Assembly (NCBI GenBank): GCA_030390025.1
Contig: CM059425.1
Span: 167,898,001-167,962,000, forward strand
Origin: Squalus acanthias
Lineage: Eukaryota
Direction: 5' to 3'
DNA: 64,000 nucleotides
The notes beneath the pieces are model-generated. The model saw nothing but the letters and a program-made list of their open reading frames with translations. It was not told the DNA's origin and did not search any database. The position numbers were made by a program, and so were the translations under genes. Shown here one piece after another: positions 26,122 to 39,609 of this stretch (position 1 is the stretch's first letter; every line of letters begins with the position of its first letter).

Positions 26122-26877
26122 GGGCTAGAAATTGGGCACATTAGCGCCTCCCGTTATTGCCACCAGGGGCGCTAACGGGGCGCTAATCACTTATCAACCG
26201 GGCGCGGTGAAATGATCGACTCCCGCTATATTTGGCAAGAGATTTGCGGTGGCGGTATGGCATTGCGCCCCGATCTCCTTCGCCCGGAGATTGTGACGTC
26301 ATCGCCTACGCATCACCCCGGTAGCGCCCCGGACCCGAACTTCAGTTCCGCCCCCTGCAGCATTGCCGGGCGAAAAAAAAGGCAGCTGCAGGAGGCGTTC
26401 ATCAGGAGGCCTGGCGCTTCGGGGGCGATACTTAAAGACGAGGTGGCCGAGGTAAGTGAAAAGAATTGTGAAATGCAGTTTCTGGTTTTTTTTCATTTTT
26501 CTTTGCCAGCGATCAATCAGCCCGGCACTCTGCTGCAGTGCATCGGGCTGATCGGGCCGGATCACGGCTGCTGTCGGGGACCAGGTAAGGTTTCCCCTTG
26601 CAGAGCCTGAAGCGATGGCCTTTCCCTTTAAGGGAGGGAAGGAGCCTTCCAACACAGCAGCGCTGCACGGCCCAGTGTGCAGCACTGCTCACCTACCGCC
26701 CCGCCTGCTGCCTGTTGTACTCCAAGAAGGAAGTGGAGCGCTTGATTTAATGTCCACTTCCTTCCTGAAGTGTAAAACCAAATTTTTTAAAAGTTGAAAA
26801 ACATTAGCGCCGGGTGCTAATTTTTTCAACTTTTAAAAGTTAGCGCCTCAAACAGGGCGACACTCAATTTCTCCCCC
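26122..26877. mobile_element. Harbinger-type MITE related to the 9588 family, inverted orientation
   Basis: TIR gggctagaaattg / caatttctccccc, multiple ggcgcta motifs, TGACGTCA 172 bp from the left end. Confidence 0.75.
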
Positions 26878-28312
26878 TAGGATTTATTCTGTATCAGTGA
26901 GAAGTCGTTCTCAGAGAACACACGGAATGAAGATTCAGGGCTACTATATTGGCAATACGTGCGCCATTGGAAAGTTTCCGTTCCAAGTACCACGAAACAG
27001 AAATGAAACAATCCTTCAAAATAAAAATAACCTATTGTGTGGGTAAGTAAATGTAAGTGAGTGATATGATGCAGCACCAAATCAGTGCAATAACAACTGC
27101 TGTAAATTTCAGCCGCCATGGGTAGGCAGGTGTTGGCGATGTGCCTGAAGTGGAGCTTGCACCCACCTGTCCCACGGTAATGATGTCAATTAAACTTTAG
27201 TCAGGGGTGCTTTTTCTGTAGATCGGCCAATTTGTTCAATTACTTGATCTGATGACTACTGATGTTCAGTCATTTCTAGAGCAACATAGGGATCCATGTC
27301 CATATTTACATTTGATAAAATCCCTAGAAATGTTTGGGTGAACTACTATCATTCCATTCAAAACCCCCACTTTGAGTCACTGGTGAGCTGCGGGTCAATC
27401 AAAGCTCGCACCAAGATTCCTGCAGAGGGCCAGCAGTTGTTCTTCCTCATACCTGGACAATTGTGTTTACAACTCTCAGCACCCACTGTCCGCTCATGAA
27501 AACTGTTGCAGCAGGTTGTCCCGGTAATATCATTTCACAACTCCGAGCACACCCCCAGGCCAATGGACTTAAATAGCAATTCCCTGATGGATGGAAAATG
27601 CACCACCCAAATATGGTCTTGTCTTTAACAATCAAAGAATTTCCACTTGTGTGTAGATCTTTTATTCAACCCCAGCAGTGCTTTACATGGTAAACAGGAC
27701 ACTTTAAAAAACTCTTTGCATCAAAGCCACTGCGAGACCGATCTATAGAAAAAGCATCACCAACTAAAGTTTAATTGATCACCCGTTTATATTACACTGC
27801 TGCCTTCGGAAGGAAGGTGTTGCAAGGTTCTGAGGCAAATGGCTGCCACCAGCATCATTTGTCACTGCAGCTCATGAATTTCTTCAGGGAGGTCTGGGGC
27901 TAGGACAGTAAAGTCGTAAATGCATGTACAGTTCTGGTGCTGCTGAATCTGCCCCGCAGTATTGTATAAATTGGACTAATTTGGCACAATGGGAACCAGG
28001 TCTTATTGTAGCTGGATCCAATATAGTGCTTGATCTCTGATGGTCACATTTCAGGAAAACCGCTGTTGTGCAAGGTGATTGAAGATGAAATGTTTTTAAT
28101 GCATCTGATTAAGCTATATGTTGATGAGTTTACAGATGTGGCGTACCATTGTGACAGAATAAACCTAGAAGTTCTTGTACATGACAAGATCGTTATTGGA
28201 CCATGGATAACATCACCGCCGAGCCCAATCTCGTCCTCACCCGATCTCCACTCAAAAGCACTTTCCAGAAGGAATCACTGGACAGCAATCAGGAATGGGA
28301 AACCTAGCTAAT

Positions 28313-29079
28313 GGGCCAAAAATTCGGCACTTGCCGGGTGAGTACGCGCTGTGTACTCACCCGTAAGGCCTCCTGAAGTGGCGGTTTCCTGCATGCACTG
28401 CGCATGCGTGGGAAACCGGAACTTCCGGTTTCGTGAAGGGAGCGGTTCAGAGGTGAACCGCGTGCGCGGTAGAGGCTGCACGCACGCAGCGAACTTAGGT
28501 TTTTTTTCAGGTTTCTCTGGGAGGGTAAGTATTGAAGAAGCTGCGCTTTTAAAAAGGAGGCGCAAGACCCGTTTTCAACAAGGTAAGTGGTTAATTCATT
28601 ACAATTTAAAATTTTTTTAAACAGGTTTATCTTTTTTAGATACTTTAAAGAAAGGTAAGTTTATTTTTAGCACTGTTAAAAAGTATTTTAATTTTTTCAA
28701 AAATTTAAATGTTTGGTTAAAGTAGTTAATTTATTTAACTTATAGTTATTTTAAAAATGTGATGGTTTTTAAAAAAAATTATTTGAAATTTAGGTGTTGT
28801 TTTGGGGCCGATTTCAATTCATAGATTTGACAGGTCTTCCTGTCAAATCTATGAATGAAAGATGGTCTGCTGCCATTGACTCTCCATGGCCCACGTGATC
28901 CCAGGGGACGCATCACACTAACTATGCCCCTGGGATACACAAGCACTGCGCGCCGGCAGTTGGGGGAGGCCCAGAAGCTGAAGTCCCCGTGGGCCCAGAG
29001 GTCAACGGCAGGCGCGGTAGGTAGGTGCGCGCGGGATCCTTGCACCCGCGGGAAGCCAGGGAGCCTAATTTCTGGGCCC
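28313..29079. mobile_element. MITE with AT-rich core (family of 32154-32908 and 62163-63830)
   Basis: TIR gggccaaaaatt / aatttctgggccc; similar to the reverse complement of 32154-32908. Confidence 0.75.
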
Positions 29080-30036
29080 ATGTTTCCTTCTCCCACCCCC
29101 CAACCCCCCAAGCCTTGATGTGCTGAGATTAGTTGTAGCAAGCCAACTGCTACCCTGGTTGAGATAATTTCCCTCAGCACAGACCTGAGACTGTAACGAT
29201 TTTAGTAACTGCAGTGCCCCAGAAGCCGTCTGCATTACAAATAAACCATCCAGTAATTTACAAGGACCTCTGGGTTTATTCTCGCCACAATATTACTCCA
29301 CAACTGTAAGTTTGTAAACACCTCCAGTTAAAAAATAACAAGATAATACAGCTTAATGTGATACACTGAAAAACATTTCCATTTCATCCTCAATCACTTT
29401 GTATAACAGTGGGACAAAACTAACAAGATTACATTACGTTAAAATGCAATTTCATCCTGTTCTAATGGTGAGACACTTGAGTTTCATTGCATATGCAAAG
29501 TGCAGTGCTGCATATTGGTTACATTAATAATTTTTGAAATCTGACACCTAATCTGTTTTGCATTGTTTACATCTGACAATGTGGTTGGCCTGCATTTAAA
29601 TGGTGTATGGATAAACTCTGCTCGACTCTGTCTGGATTGAAGTCCATACGTTAGCTTAGGGTCACTGCAGCTGTAATGACTGTAAACGTAATAAAGTGTA
29701 GATGCATCCAAAACTGACAGGCATTAATATCGCAGGCTTTTCAATTTTACAAACCCACTGAAGCTCGAAAGTATTAAGCAATACTTGTCTGGCTCTGACT
29801 GAAACATTGCTAAATTTCATCACCAGATTTGTATAACATTTCATTCCTTCGGGGAAAAACCCTTTTGTTAGTTCAGCTCCATTACAATAGTTAAAAAGGG
29901 AAACTAGGGGGGGCGGGGTGGGAGGGGGGGGTAGTTGGGGAGTACAGCCCCATCCGAATATTGTGAATTAAATTAACAAAGGAAAAAGGTTTTAATAATA
30001 GTTTTAATCTGCCATTTCAGATAATCTCAGGAAAGA

Positions 30037-30165
30037 TAAATCTATTTGATTTCCAGCTCTTCCCAGTTCTGATGAAAGGTCATCGACCTGAAACGTCAAC
30101 TCTCTTTCTCTCTCCACGGATGCTGCCTGGCCTGCTGAGTTTTTCCAGCGTTTTCTGTTGTTATT
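30037..30165 (+). mobile_element. Solo Penelope terminal fragment with hammerhead motif
   Basis: Appears identical by eye to the reverse complement of 51743-51871. Confidence 0.88.
30065..30101 (+). ncRNA. Minimal type-I hammerhead ribozyme motif
   Basis: Same sequence as 51807-51843. Confidence 0.78.
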
Positions 30166-30169
30166 GCGA

Positions 30170-33074
30170 AAGGATCTAGCCAGGGTAAAATGGAACCAAA
30201 GACTAACAGCAAAAACTGTAACGGAACAATGGGTGATCTTTAAGGAGGAGATGTTCCTAGTACAGGTTAGGTACATTCCAACATGAGGGATGGGTAAGGG
30301 AACCAAAGCAAGATGACGAGGGAGATTGAGAAGATGATGAAACAAAAAAAGAGGGTGTATGATGCATGTCAGGTGAATTCTTCAAGGAAGAGCCAGACCA
30401 AATACAATAAGTTGAGAGGGGATGTGAAGATGAAAATAAGATTGGCAAAGAGAGAATGAGAGAGTAGAATGGCGGTTAACATAAAAGGGAACCCAAAAAT
30501 CTTCTACCGGCATGTAAACAGTAAGTGGGTAGTAAGAGGCGGGGTGGGGCCAATTAGAGACAAAGAAGGTGTTATATGCTTAGAGGCGCAGGGCAAAGCT
30601 AGAATACTCAATGAGTACTTTGTATCAGTGTTTACTAAGGAGGTGGATGCTAACAAAATATCGGTAGAAGTGGAAAAGGTAGAAGCAATGGAAGGGGTGA
30701 AAATTGATAGACAGGATGTACTAGAAAGGCTGGGTATACAGTGGACAAGTCGCCTGGTCCAGATGGCTTGCATCCCAGGTTGCTAAGGGAATTGGGGGAG
30801 CAGATAGCGGAAGGGCTTGCCATAATTTTCCAATCTTCCCTAGATGCGTGGGAGGTGCCTGAGGATTGAAAAGTGGCAAATGTGACACCATTGTTCAAGA
30901 AAGGGTGTAAGGACAATCCTAGTAACTACAGGTCGGTCAGTTTAACATCAGTGGTGGGTAAAGTTTTAGAAACAATAATCAAGGAAAAAATTAACGGGCA
31001 TTTGGAGAGGTTTAAGCTAATTAAGGAGAACATGGGTTTGTAAAAGGCAGATCGTGTTTGACTGATCTAATTGAATTTTTGATGAAGTAACAGAGAGGAT
31101 TGATGAAGGGAATGCAATGGATGTTGACAACATGGATTTTAGGAAGGCGTTTGACAAAGTACCACATAGAAGGCTAGTTAACAAAATTGAGGCTCATGGA
31201 ATAGGTGGGTCAGTGGCAGCTTGGATAAGGAATTGGCTTAAGGACAGAAAACAGCGAGGTGTGGTAAATGGCTGTTTTTCAGACTGGAGGATGGTAGACA
31301 GTGGTGTTCCCCAAGGGTCAGTGCTAGGCCCACTGCTTTTTTTGATATATATATAACTGACCTGGATATTGGAATACAGAGTAGAATTTCTAAATTTGCC
31401 GATGACACTAAACTTGGGGGTGTGGCAAACAGTGAGGATGATACCAATCGACTGCAACAGGACATAGAAAGGCTAGCAGAATGGGCAGACAAGTGGCAGA
31501 TGGAATTTAATACAGAGAAGTGTGAGGTGATGCATTTGGCAGAAGGAACAGGGAGAGCCAGTATACACTTAATGGCACAGTTTTAAAGAGTGTGCAGGGA
31601 CAGAGGGACCTGGGAGTTAATGGGCTTAGGTCCCTGAAGGTGGCAGGACATATTGAGAGAGTGGTTAATAAAGCATATGGGATCTTGGGCTTCATAAATA
31701 AAGGTATTGAGTACAAAAGTAGAGAAGTTATGCTGAACCTTTATAAAGCGCTGGTTAGGCCACAACTGGAGTATTGCGTCCAGTTCTGGTCACCATACTT
31801 CAGGAAGGATGTGTAGGCCCTTGAGAGGGTGCAGAGGAGATTTACCAGAATGGTTCCGGGGATGGGGGATCTTAGCTACAAGGACAGGTTGGAAAAGCTG
31901 AATTTGTTTTCATTAGAGCAAAGGAGGTTGAGGGGTGATTTGATAGAGGTGTACAAGATTATGACGGGTTTGGATAGGCTAGATGGGGAAAGGCTGTTCC
32001 CACTAGTTGATGGTACAAGGACTAGGGGACACAGATTTAAGGTTTTGCGCAAGAGATACAGGGGGGATGTGAGGAAAAACTTTTTTACGCAGCGAGTGGT
32101 GATGACCTGGAATTCGCTGCCGATGGAAGTGGTGGAAGCGGAGACACTCAAATGCCCGGATTTTCCGATCGGAGGCTTCCTGCGTGCGGATGCTTCCGAT
32201 CTGGAAAAAATCTATGAACTTACCTGCTGGCTCTGTAGGTCCCGACACTTCCGCTCCTGGGCCTCTCCTGGTGCGTGCGCGCAGAGGCCCAGGTATCCCA
32301 GGGGTGCATGCAGTTCACAAGTGCCCCTGGGATCACGTGGGCCATGGGGAACCAATCAAAGAAGGGAATCCCCCTTCACACTTTTGACAGGTCTCGCCGC
32401 GTAGACCTGTCAAAGGTATGAATGGGGATCACTCAAAAAACACACTAAAACATTAAATACTTTTTTTTAATCATGTATTTAAAATTAGTTTAAATAACAT
32501 TAAATTAAATATTACATTTTTTGAAAAAAATAATTAAAGTTTTTTACGGGGCTAAAAATAAACTTACCTTTTTTAAAAGTATTTTAAAATTATAAATGAG
32601 TGAAAAAAAAAATATTTTTTTACTTTTTTAAACTCTTATGCTGGTAAAAGCAGGCCTTACGCCTGCTTTTACCAGGCGTAAGATTTTTAAAGGTTTTCAG
32701 CGGGCGGAGGTTGTGCAGAAAGCGGAACTCTCCACCTACAGAGGCCCTTCTCCAAGGCAGGCGGAGGATCTGTCCAGAGGATTCTTGACAGATCGGAAGT
32801 GCCGGTTTTCAGCGCATGCGCTTCACATGTCTGAAACCGGCATTTGTGAGGCCCCTACAGGTGTGTACACAGCTCGTACACACCTGTTGGGGTTGGAAAA
32901 TACAGGCCAATGTTTTCAAGGGGAGACTGGATAGGCACTTGAAGGAAATAAACTTGCAGGGCTACGGGGATAGAGCAGGGGAATGGGACTGACTGGATTG
33001 CTCTACAGAGAGCCGGCACGGACCCGATGGGCCGAATGGCCTCCTTCTGTGCCGTAATGACTCTATAACTCTAT
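30170..33074 (+). mobile_element. 5'-truncated, decayed CR1 LINE with a MITE inserted at 32154-32908
   Basis: RT motifs spread over several frames; 3' UTR and tail at 32940-33074. Confidence 0.92.
32154..32908. mobile_element. MITE nested in CR1
   Basis: TIR gcccggattttcc / ggaaaatacaggc, AAT TSD; the CR1 reading resumes after it. Confidence 0.82.
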
Positions 33075-33907
33075 GGGGGCGATTTTGTGAAAGAGGGCAC
33101 ATTGGAGGCGGGACTGCTGCTTGGCAGGTCGATGTCCCGCCTCCATCGATTTGTGGCCAACCCACACAATTTTCCCTTGATTGATCTTGTTAAGCCCGCC
33201 CAGCGGGCTTAGCAGGCCAATTAAGGGAAAGCGGTTGCAGAGAATGTCAACGTATGATGTTTCATTCGTCAAAACTTTTTGACAGATGAATTGTCATCGT
33301 TTGACAGCTCTCTGAAGCTGTCAAACAGTGACATTCTCTGTAATTTGATGAGGTCTTGAATTCAAGGCCTCATCAAACTTCTTTCTTTTCCAGAAATGAG
33401 ATGGTTGTTGCATCTGAGAATGCAACGGCCATCTCTCATCTGCAACACGGAGGTCCGAGACTCTCCGCATACAAACTGACTAAAGCCTGCAGGAAGAAAC
33501 AAAGGTAAGTACACTTTTACTAACACTTTGCACTTACCTCAGATACTCACCTCTCCACACTTGCACCCATCACTTACCTTCACAGCACACTTTTGCACCC
33601 CCCCGACCCCCGCAGACCCACTACTCGCCTCGCTGACCTGGCGTGTTTTGAAGCCTTCGGGAAGCCCGCACTTGTGAGGGCAAAAAGGGGATAATCCTAT
33701 TTTCTGCCTGTTAACAGGCAGTTAATAGGCTTTAATCCCTTCCCGCCTCCAAGGAGACGGGACCCGGCGCAGGACGGCTACCCGCCTCCTAGGAAGATGG
33801 TATGGAGGCGGGTTGGAGGCATGTTGGGCACCCGCCCCCAAATTTTGCAATTTTCCCGGCAGGCCCGCCTCCATACCCGCCTCCCCAGGGCTGGCAAAAT
33901 CACCCCC
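33075..33907. mobile_element. MITE inserted in the CR1 tail (family of 60506-61350, opposite orientation)
   Basis: TIR gggggcgattttg / caaaatcaccccc, TAT TSD; colinear with the reverse complement of 60506-61350. Confidence 0.85.
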
Positions 33908-33919
33908 TATGACTCTATA

Positions 33920-34250
33920 TATTGGCCTTGGAGGTGGTATAGTGCAGATTCAGGGTTAAATTATCAGGACAGGTTGCATAAACTTGGTTTGTGTTTCCTT
34001 GAGTTTAGATGGTTGGAGGGGTGACCTAATCAAGGTATTTAAAATGATAAAGGGATTTGATAGGGTAGGTACAGAGAAACTATTTCCTCTGGTGCGGGAA
34101 TCTAGAATAAGGGGGCATAATCTTAGAGTTAGGCCATTTAGGAGTCAGATTTGGTAGCGCTTTTTCACACAAAGGGTAGTGAAAATCTGAAACTCTCCTC
34201 CAAAAGGCTGTGGATGTGTGGGTCAATTGGAGCTTTCAAGACTGAGATTG
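33920..34250 (+). mobile_element. Old CR1 3' fragment
   Basis: GLNYQDRLHKLGL...LEFRWL..DLIKVFK motifs. Confidence 0.75.
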
Positions 34251-35450
34251 GTTAATGGTGACCTCCAGGATGTTGATGGTGGGAGACTTGGTTATGGTGC
34301 TGCCGTTGAAGGTCAGGGGGAAATAATGTGGCCTCTTCTTGTCGGAGATGGTTATTGCCTGGAACTTATGTGGCATGAGTGTGACCTGCCTTTTGTCAGC
34401 CTTTGTGTGGATACCATCAGCAAACAGACCCACCTTATGTCAGAAGGAAGGTCTTTGAGGAAGCAGCTGAAAATGGTTGGGCCGAGGACACTGCCCCAAG
34501 GTACTCCTGCAGCGATGTTCAGAGGCTGTGATGATACCCTTCAACAACCACAACCATCTTATTTTGAGTTAAGTATGACTCCAGCCACTGGAGGGTTTTT
34601 CGATTGATTAAAATTGACCTCAACTTTTCTCTCAACTTTAACTTTATAATACCATATTTGGTTTTACTCCAAGGCCAGCTACTCTCATCTCTCCTCTGGC
34701 ATTAAGTAGGTTCAAGTCCCACTCCAGAGACCTGAGCACAAAAATCTAGGCTGACACTACAGTGCAGTACTGAGGGAGTGCTGCACTGTTGGAGGTGCCG
34801 TCTTGCGGGCGAAACGTTAAACCAAGGCCCGTCTGCTCTCTCAGGTGGACGTAAAAGATCCTATGGCACTATTTCGAAGAAGATTAGGGGAGTTATCCCT
34901 GGTGTCCTAACCAATATTTATCCCTCAATCAACATCACTAAAAGAGATTATCTGGTCATTATCACAAATTGGCTGCCGCGTTTCCTACATTACAACAGTG
35001 ACTACACTTCAAAAAGTACTTCATTGGCTGTAAAGCGTTTTGGGACATCCGGTGGTCGTGAACGGCACTATATAAATGCAAGTCTTTCTTTCTTTCTTGT
35101 ATCCATCTTTGGATCAACACTGTGCCCAGGTTAGGAGCTGAGTGGTTCTGGTGGAACTTGAAATGAGTGCTGATGGGAAGGTTATGAGTGAGTAGATGTC
35201 ACTTGATGTTATAATTGTTTACTTCTTCCACCACTTTGCTTATGATTGGGAGGAGGCTGACAGGGTTGGCTTAGATCTGTCCTGCTTTTTGTGAACAGGA
35301 CATAGCTGGCCAACTTTCCACATTGTTAGGTAGATGCTAGTGTCATGACTGCATTGGAAGGGCTCAGATAGGGGGTCAGCCAGTTTTGGTGCGCAGATCT
35401 TCAGCACTATAGTGGAAATACTTTCAGGGCCAATCACTTTTGCTGTACAG
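34250..35450 (-). mobile_element. Fragments of a second non-LTR retrotransposon family (CR1/L2 group), split by a SINE
   Basis: LKICAPKLADPLS..FQCS...WKVGQLCPVHKKQDRSKP and LFAD...QVTLMPHKFQAITIS...SPTINILEVTINQ. Confidence 0.65.
34708..35096 (+). mobile_element. Deu-SINE (SacSINE1-like) with L2-type tail, 5' end missing
   Basis: B box ggttcaagtccc. Deu-like core ...gtggacgtaaaagatcctatggcactatttcgaagaaga...ctggtgtcct.... Tail ataaatgcaagtc(tttc)n. Confidence 0.78.
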
Positions 35451-35489
35451 TGCACTAAGTCACTTCTTAACATACACTTCTTGCACATT

Positions 35490-36000
35490 ACGGTTTCACG
35501 TCTACCAGTTGTAAAAAGCAATGTCAAATATTTATTTAATATATCCGCCATACCTTCAACCCTATATGGTTTTACCCTCTCTTTAACTTACCGTTTGATT
35601 TTTATATGGTTATAAAAACCTTTGCTAATTCCATTTCTATTATCTTCTTGCCTCTTTTCCTATTCCCTTTTAGTCATTCTAATCTCCCTTTTCACCTCTC
35701 TATGGGACCTTCTATATTCTTCATGATTATCTTTAGTATTGTTAGTGCTAACTTGATCATAGGCCTCCATTTTTAAGTTTCACTTTAATTTTAATCTCTA
35801 TTTATCCTCAGAACTCTATACTTTGATACGCCACCTTTTCTCTTGTTGGAATATATATATTTTGTACTCTATGCATCTTATATTTGTAGATTTCCTACTG
35901 CTGCTCTGACGATCTGTTTATTAACTTTTCTATACAGTTAATTCGGGCCTGATCCCCTTTTATCCCACTGAACCTTGCCTGTTTCCAGTCCAGTATGTTA
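35490..36000 (-). mobile_element. Old CR1 internal fragment
   Basis: MADILNKYL.. and ...KVFITI.KS.. remnants. Confidence 0.5.
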
Positions 36001-36202
36001 GCTTTGATTGTTCATTATTTCTTTATAATGGAAACTTCCTTTGTAAATGTGTTCTGCTGTAATCACATCCTCCCAGCAGCAGTGGCACTGTAGTACCTCA
36101 GTTTTGCATCTCCAATATCTACAGCCTGTACTGCAGGACAACTCCTATGCTCCAACCAACTTTACAAACGGCTATAAGTTTTGCAATTTAATTAGAAATA
36201 AT

Positions 36203-36903
36203 GGCCCAGAATTTGCCGTCGGGATGACGGCGAACTGGCAACGTTCGCCGTCATTCCGTCTTTGAAACTGACCGCAACTTCGGGATTTGGCCCTTTCCCC
36301 ACAGAGCCGGCAATCAGTGTAATCATCCAAATCAGGGAAACTGACAAAAACTTCGGCTCTTCCGCAGTAATTACGCTGTTAAATTCCCCACTAATAGTTA
36401 GACCCAAAGGGATTAGGTGTAACTGGGGTTTTAACAGCATGTTGACTGCTAAACAAAGGTTAAGGGCCTGGAAAACTAATTTTAATTTTGTGCAGTGTGA
36501 AATTTGTCCGTTTTAATAAAAATTAAAATTTTTAACAAACTTTCTAAAACAAAATGTTTTCATTTTTTTTTAAAGTTTGTTCATCTTTATTTCAGGTTTG
36601 CCTTTTCCCCATGTGAGAGCCCCAATCCTTGCTTTGCTCTCTTTCATTTTTTAAAAGTTAAAATTGTAAGAGCTTACCCACTTCCTTCTTCGTGTTTGCA
36701 AGAATTCTGCGTTTTGACTGGCTGCTTAGACAGCTTGTTAATGTCACAGCAACCCGCACAAGGGGATCCCCACTAACCTCCGTTGATTTGAATTGAATAT
36801 CGGAAAATCCAAAGTTCTTGACACAGAGATCACGAGATCCTTGTGCGAAGCGCACTTCGGGACCAGCGGCAAATGCTTCGCCGCTGACCGCAAATTCCGG
36901 GCC
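36203..36903. mobile_element. MITE
   Basis: TIR ggcccagaatttgc / gcaaattccgggcc. Confidence 0.8.
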
Positions 36904-37051
36904 ATTATCAAATCAAAGTATTAGATGAAAATAAGGACACAATGTATGACTTAAAAATGGCGACTGAATAACATCTGCACACACCGGTCCAATTATATTC
37001 TACTCTCTAACCCCACTTCACCTGAAGACTACACTGGGTCTTGACTCCCTG

Positions 37052-37722
37052 GGGTAGAAATTGGACCTTGTTGTTCTCATTTTCTGGTGCGAAACAGGGG
37101 GAAAAAGTCTAATTTTGCAGAGATTTGCCCTTCACCCCAAGAGCGGCTGAGATATGTCTGGTACTATAGTGGCTCGAGCGATATTCAGGCGTCCCTGGCA
37201 GCCACGTGAAACAGGAGTTAGGTCCCTTGCATATACTAATCATTGCTTTTTTAAGGGCCCCTCAGTGAAATTGCTCAGTGCTAAAATTGCAGTCGCCGAG
37301 TCTGCACCACTCAGTTTTTTGGTTCCTTTTACAATTTAACCACAGATCCTTAACGTGATTGCTGGAGGCCGCCACCAAAAACGTACCTTTCTTTTTTTAA
37401 ACTTAGCTGAATGCGAAGCCAGGAGGAGCAGGAGAGCTCTTCCCAGCACTGCTGTGGGTCACTGCCGGCCCCGCTTGCCCCCGCCCGTCCTCCCGCCACC
37501 TCCGCCAGGGCCTATCTGAGGGCCACTGCCAGCGTGGTAGCCTGCCCAAATTGGAGCTCCGGCGATCTACCTCTGGATGCCTGACAGGCACCCACAGCTT
37601 GCCGGAAATATTAAGATGAGGCCTGAGGCTCAATTTCAGACGAGCCTCTGTCTTCTGGCATGCATTTCGAGTGTGTTGCCCATTCCCCACCTGAATAAGG
37701 GCCTTAGCCAATTTCTAAACCC
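37052..37722. mobile_element. MITE
   Basis: TIR gggtagaaattgg / ccaatttctaaaccc with CTG flanks. Confidence 0.68.
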
Positions 37723-38256
37723 CTGTATGCAATGCCACAGGAAAATGACTGCTCTTCTGTATTCGGCTTGGTTTTCTTTTGTATATTTATCCCTAGATCT
37801 GTCACGTGCATTTTTTTAATTTAAATTTCTCTGCTCATCCAGGGAATTCCAGTTTTTTGCTGCCCTTCCTCTACTTATTGTGGGAAGGAATCTGATATTA
37901 TTATAAATCTATGGACAAAATGTTCTATCGAGGCACTTACTGTGGACATGTTAAAGTACCAATAATCTGAGTTCCACTTTATTAGCAATTAGGCAGCAGT
38001 GTATGTTTATTGGCCACCTCCTTTAGCAAGTCATTTTGTTCTATATTTGCTATTGGAACAACCTATTTGGTGTGCATGCTGCCCCTGGCAACAGGAGTGT
38101 CACTTTGACATCAGTAGCAAACTGCAAACATAAATTGCTATAAAATACTTTCACATTAAGTTTTCAGCAATCACACAGAACATTCTGCTGAATTTTGAGA
38201 ATCTGCAAACTAAAATGGAACGCTATCTCATTAAATAACTAAATGGCAACACCCAC

Positions 38257-38321
38257 CAAGTAATCTGAGCATGAGAAACTGGACACCAAGGGCATATGAT
38301 TTGTATTCAGGATTCACAGAC
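38257..38321 (-). CDS. SLCO3A1: SLCO3A1-like coding exon (equivalent to human exon 9; TM11), 65 bp
   Basis: ttccccccacag|GTCTGTG...TTACTTG|gtgggt. Translates (R)SVNPEYKSYALGVQFLMLRLL(G). Phases 2 and 1 join the neighbouring exons in frame. Confidence 0.95.
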
Positions 38322-39282
38322 CTGTGGGGGGAAAAGAAAGAAAAAACAATTAACATCTACTAGACATCACAGTCCAGACAACAGACCGCCTCCGAGTGCT
38401 AACCTTGTCCCCGTGTAAAATCTGCATTCACATGGTAGCAATCTGGAGCCTGCTGTACTGCAAGACTCTCAGACCCTTACCTAACTAATTATCTTTGTGC
38501 ATTATGTCCTGTCAGAGAGCTGCCAGCATATTGCTAGCAGCACCCATTTCAAGCAAATAACAACCAGAAGAAACAATTAACTTACAGACGATTTCAGTTT
38601 TCTGCTGGGGAAAAGAACAGCATGTTACATTGCAGGAGAAGCTTCTTCTACCCGGCGCGGTGGAACGTGCATAGTTTACACTGCACGTGAGATTGCACAG
38701 CATCGGCAGCAGTAGAAATATAACCGCGTAGATTGATTCAGTTAGTCAAAAGTTGTAATTTATTCACAGGTTGTTTCTTGAAATAACGCTGTAGGATATT
38801 AGTGTACAAACCCTTAATATGTTCATCCAAAATTCATCTTTACGATATTTTAGTAGCTGCGTTAACCAGTTCATTCCAAGGCCCAAGTTGATTAAAGAGG
38901 TTCACTGGAGAGCCTTGGTTACCTGAATAAAGCAACTCGAAATAAATGAACCAAGACTAGAGTGAGTTCCTGTTGAGATAAATTTTATCTGTAGATTTGC
39001 CTTCCGCTGCGTAATGTTTGTGTGTATATGAGACTCTTATAGACACATGTTAATAATGAAACTGCACAGAAGCTGCAAGTTGTAGAGGTTGGATCTTTCA
39101 CTCACTGCCATTTGGAACGCCCTATACTATTGGTTTTAACTTGCTTCCTCAAGTTATGTATTGAGTCAAAGTGTGCAGCTTACCTATATATTAGCTAAAC
39201 CGGACACAACATTCCTAGAACATTCTTAAAGCAATATTACAATATACAAGACATTAGACCGCCATAAAACAAATTCACCCAC

Positions 39283-39458
39283 CTGATCAGAATCATTACT
39301 GATGGAGTCTGTGCCATTGCACCTATCAGACTTCCAACACAAACAACTGCAAAGAATGCTGGGAAAGCATGTTCACAATTTGTCCTGGGACATTGTCCTG
39401 ACACAGCTGTCGCATTCTGGGCGAATTCAGTGTTGATACAGGCACAGCTGGTAAGATT
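39283..39458 (-). CDS. SLCO3A1: SLCO3A1-like coding exon (equivalent to human exon 8; end of loop plus TM10), 176 bp
   Basis: tctttcttag|AATCTT...ATCAG|gtgggt. Translates NLTSCACINTEFAQNATAVSGQCPRTNCEHAFPAFFAVVCVGSLIGAMAQTPSVMILIR. The SLIGAMAQTPSV motif is characteristic of OATP3A1, and the phase-0 start fits the previous exon. Confidence 0.95.
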
Positions 39459-39609
39459 CTAAGAAAGAAGAGCATGTTATAAAGGAATGTTAAATAATAA
39501 ACATTGTCAAAACTAAAAAAAGTACCTAAAAACTAAAAAAGTACCCATGCATGGCGCCAAGAAAAATTACAGGGAACATTGAAGTGCTTCAGATAGATAG
39601 ATAAATAGA

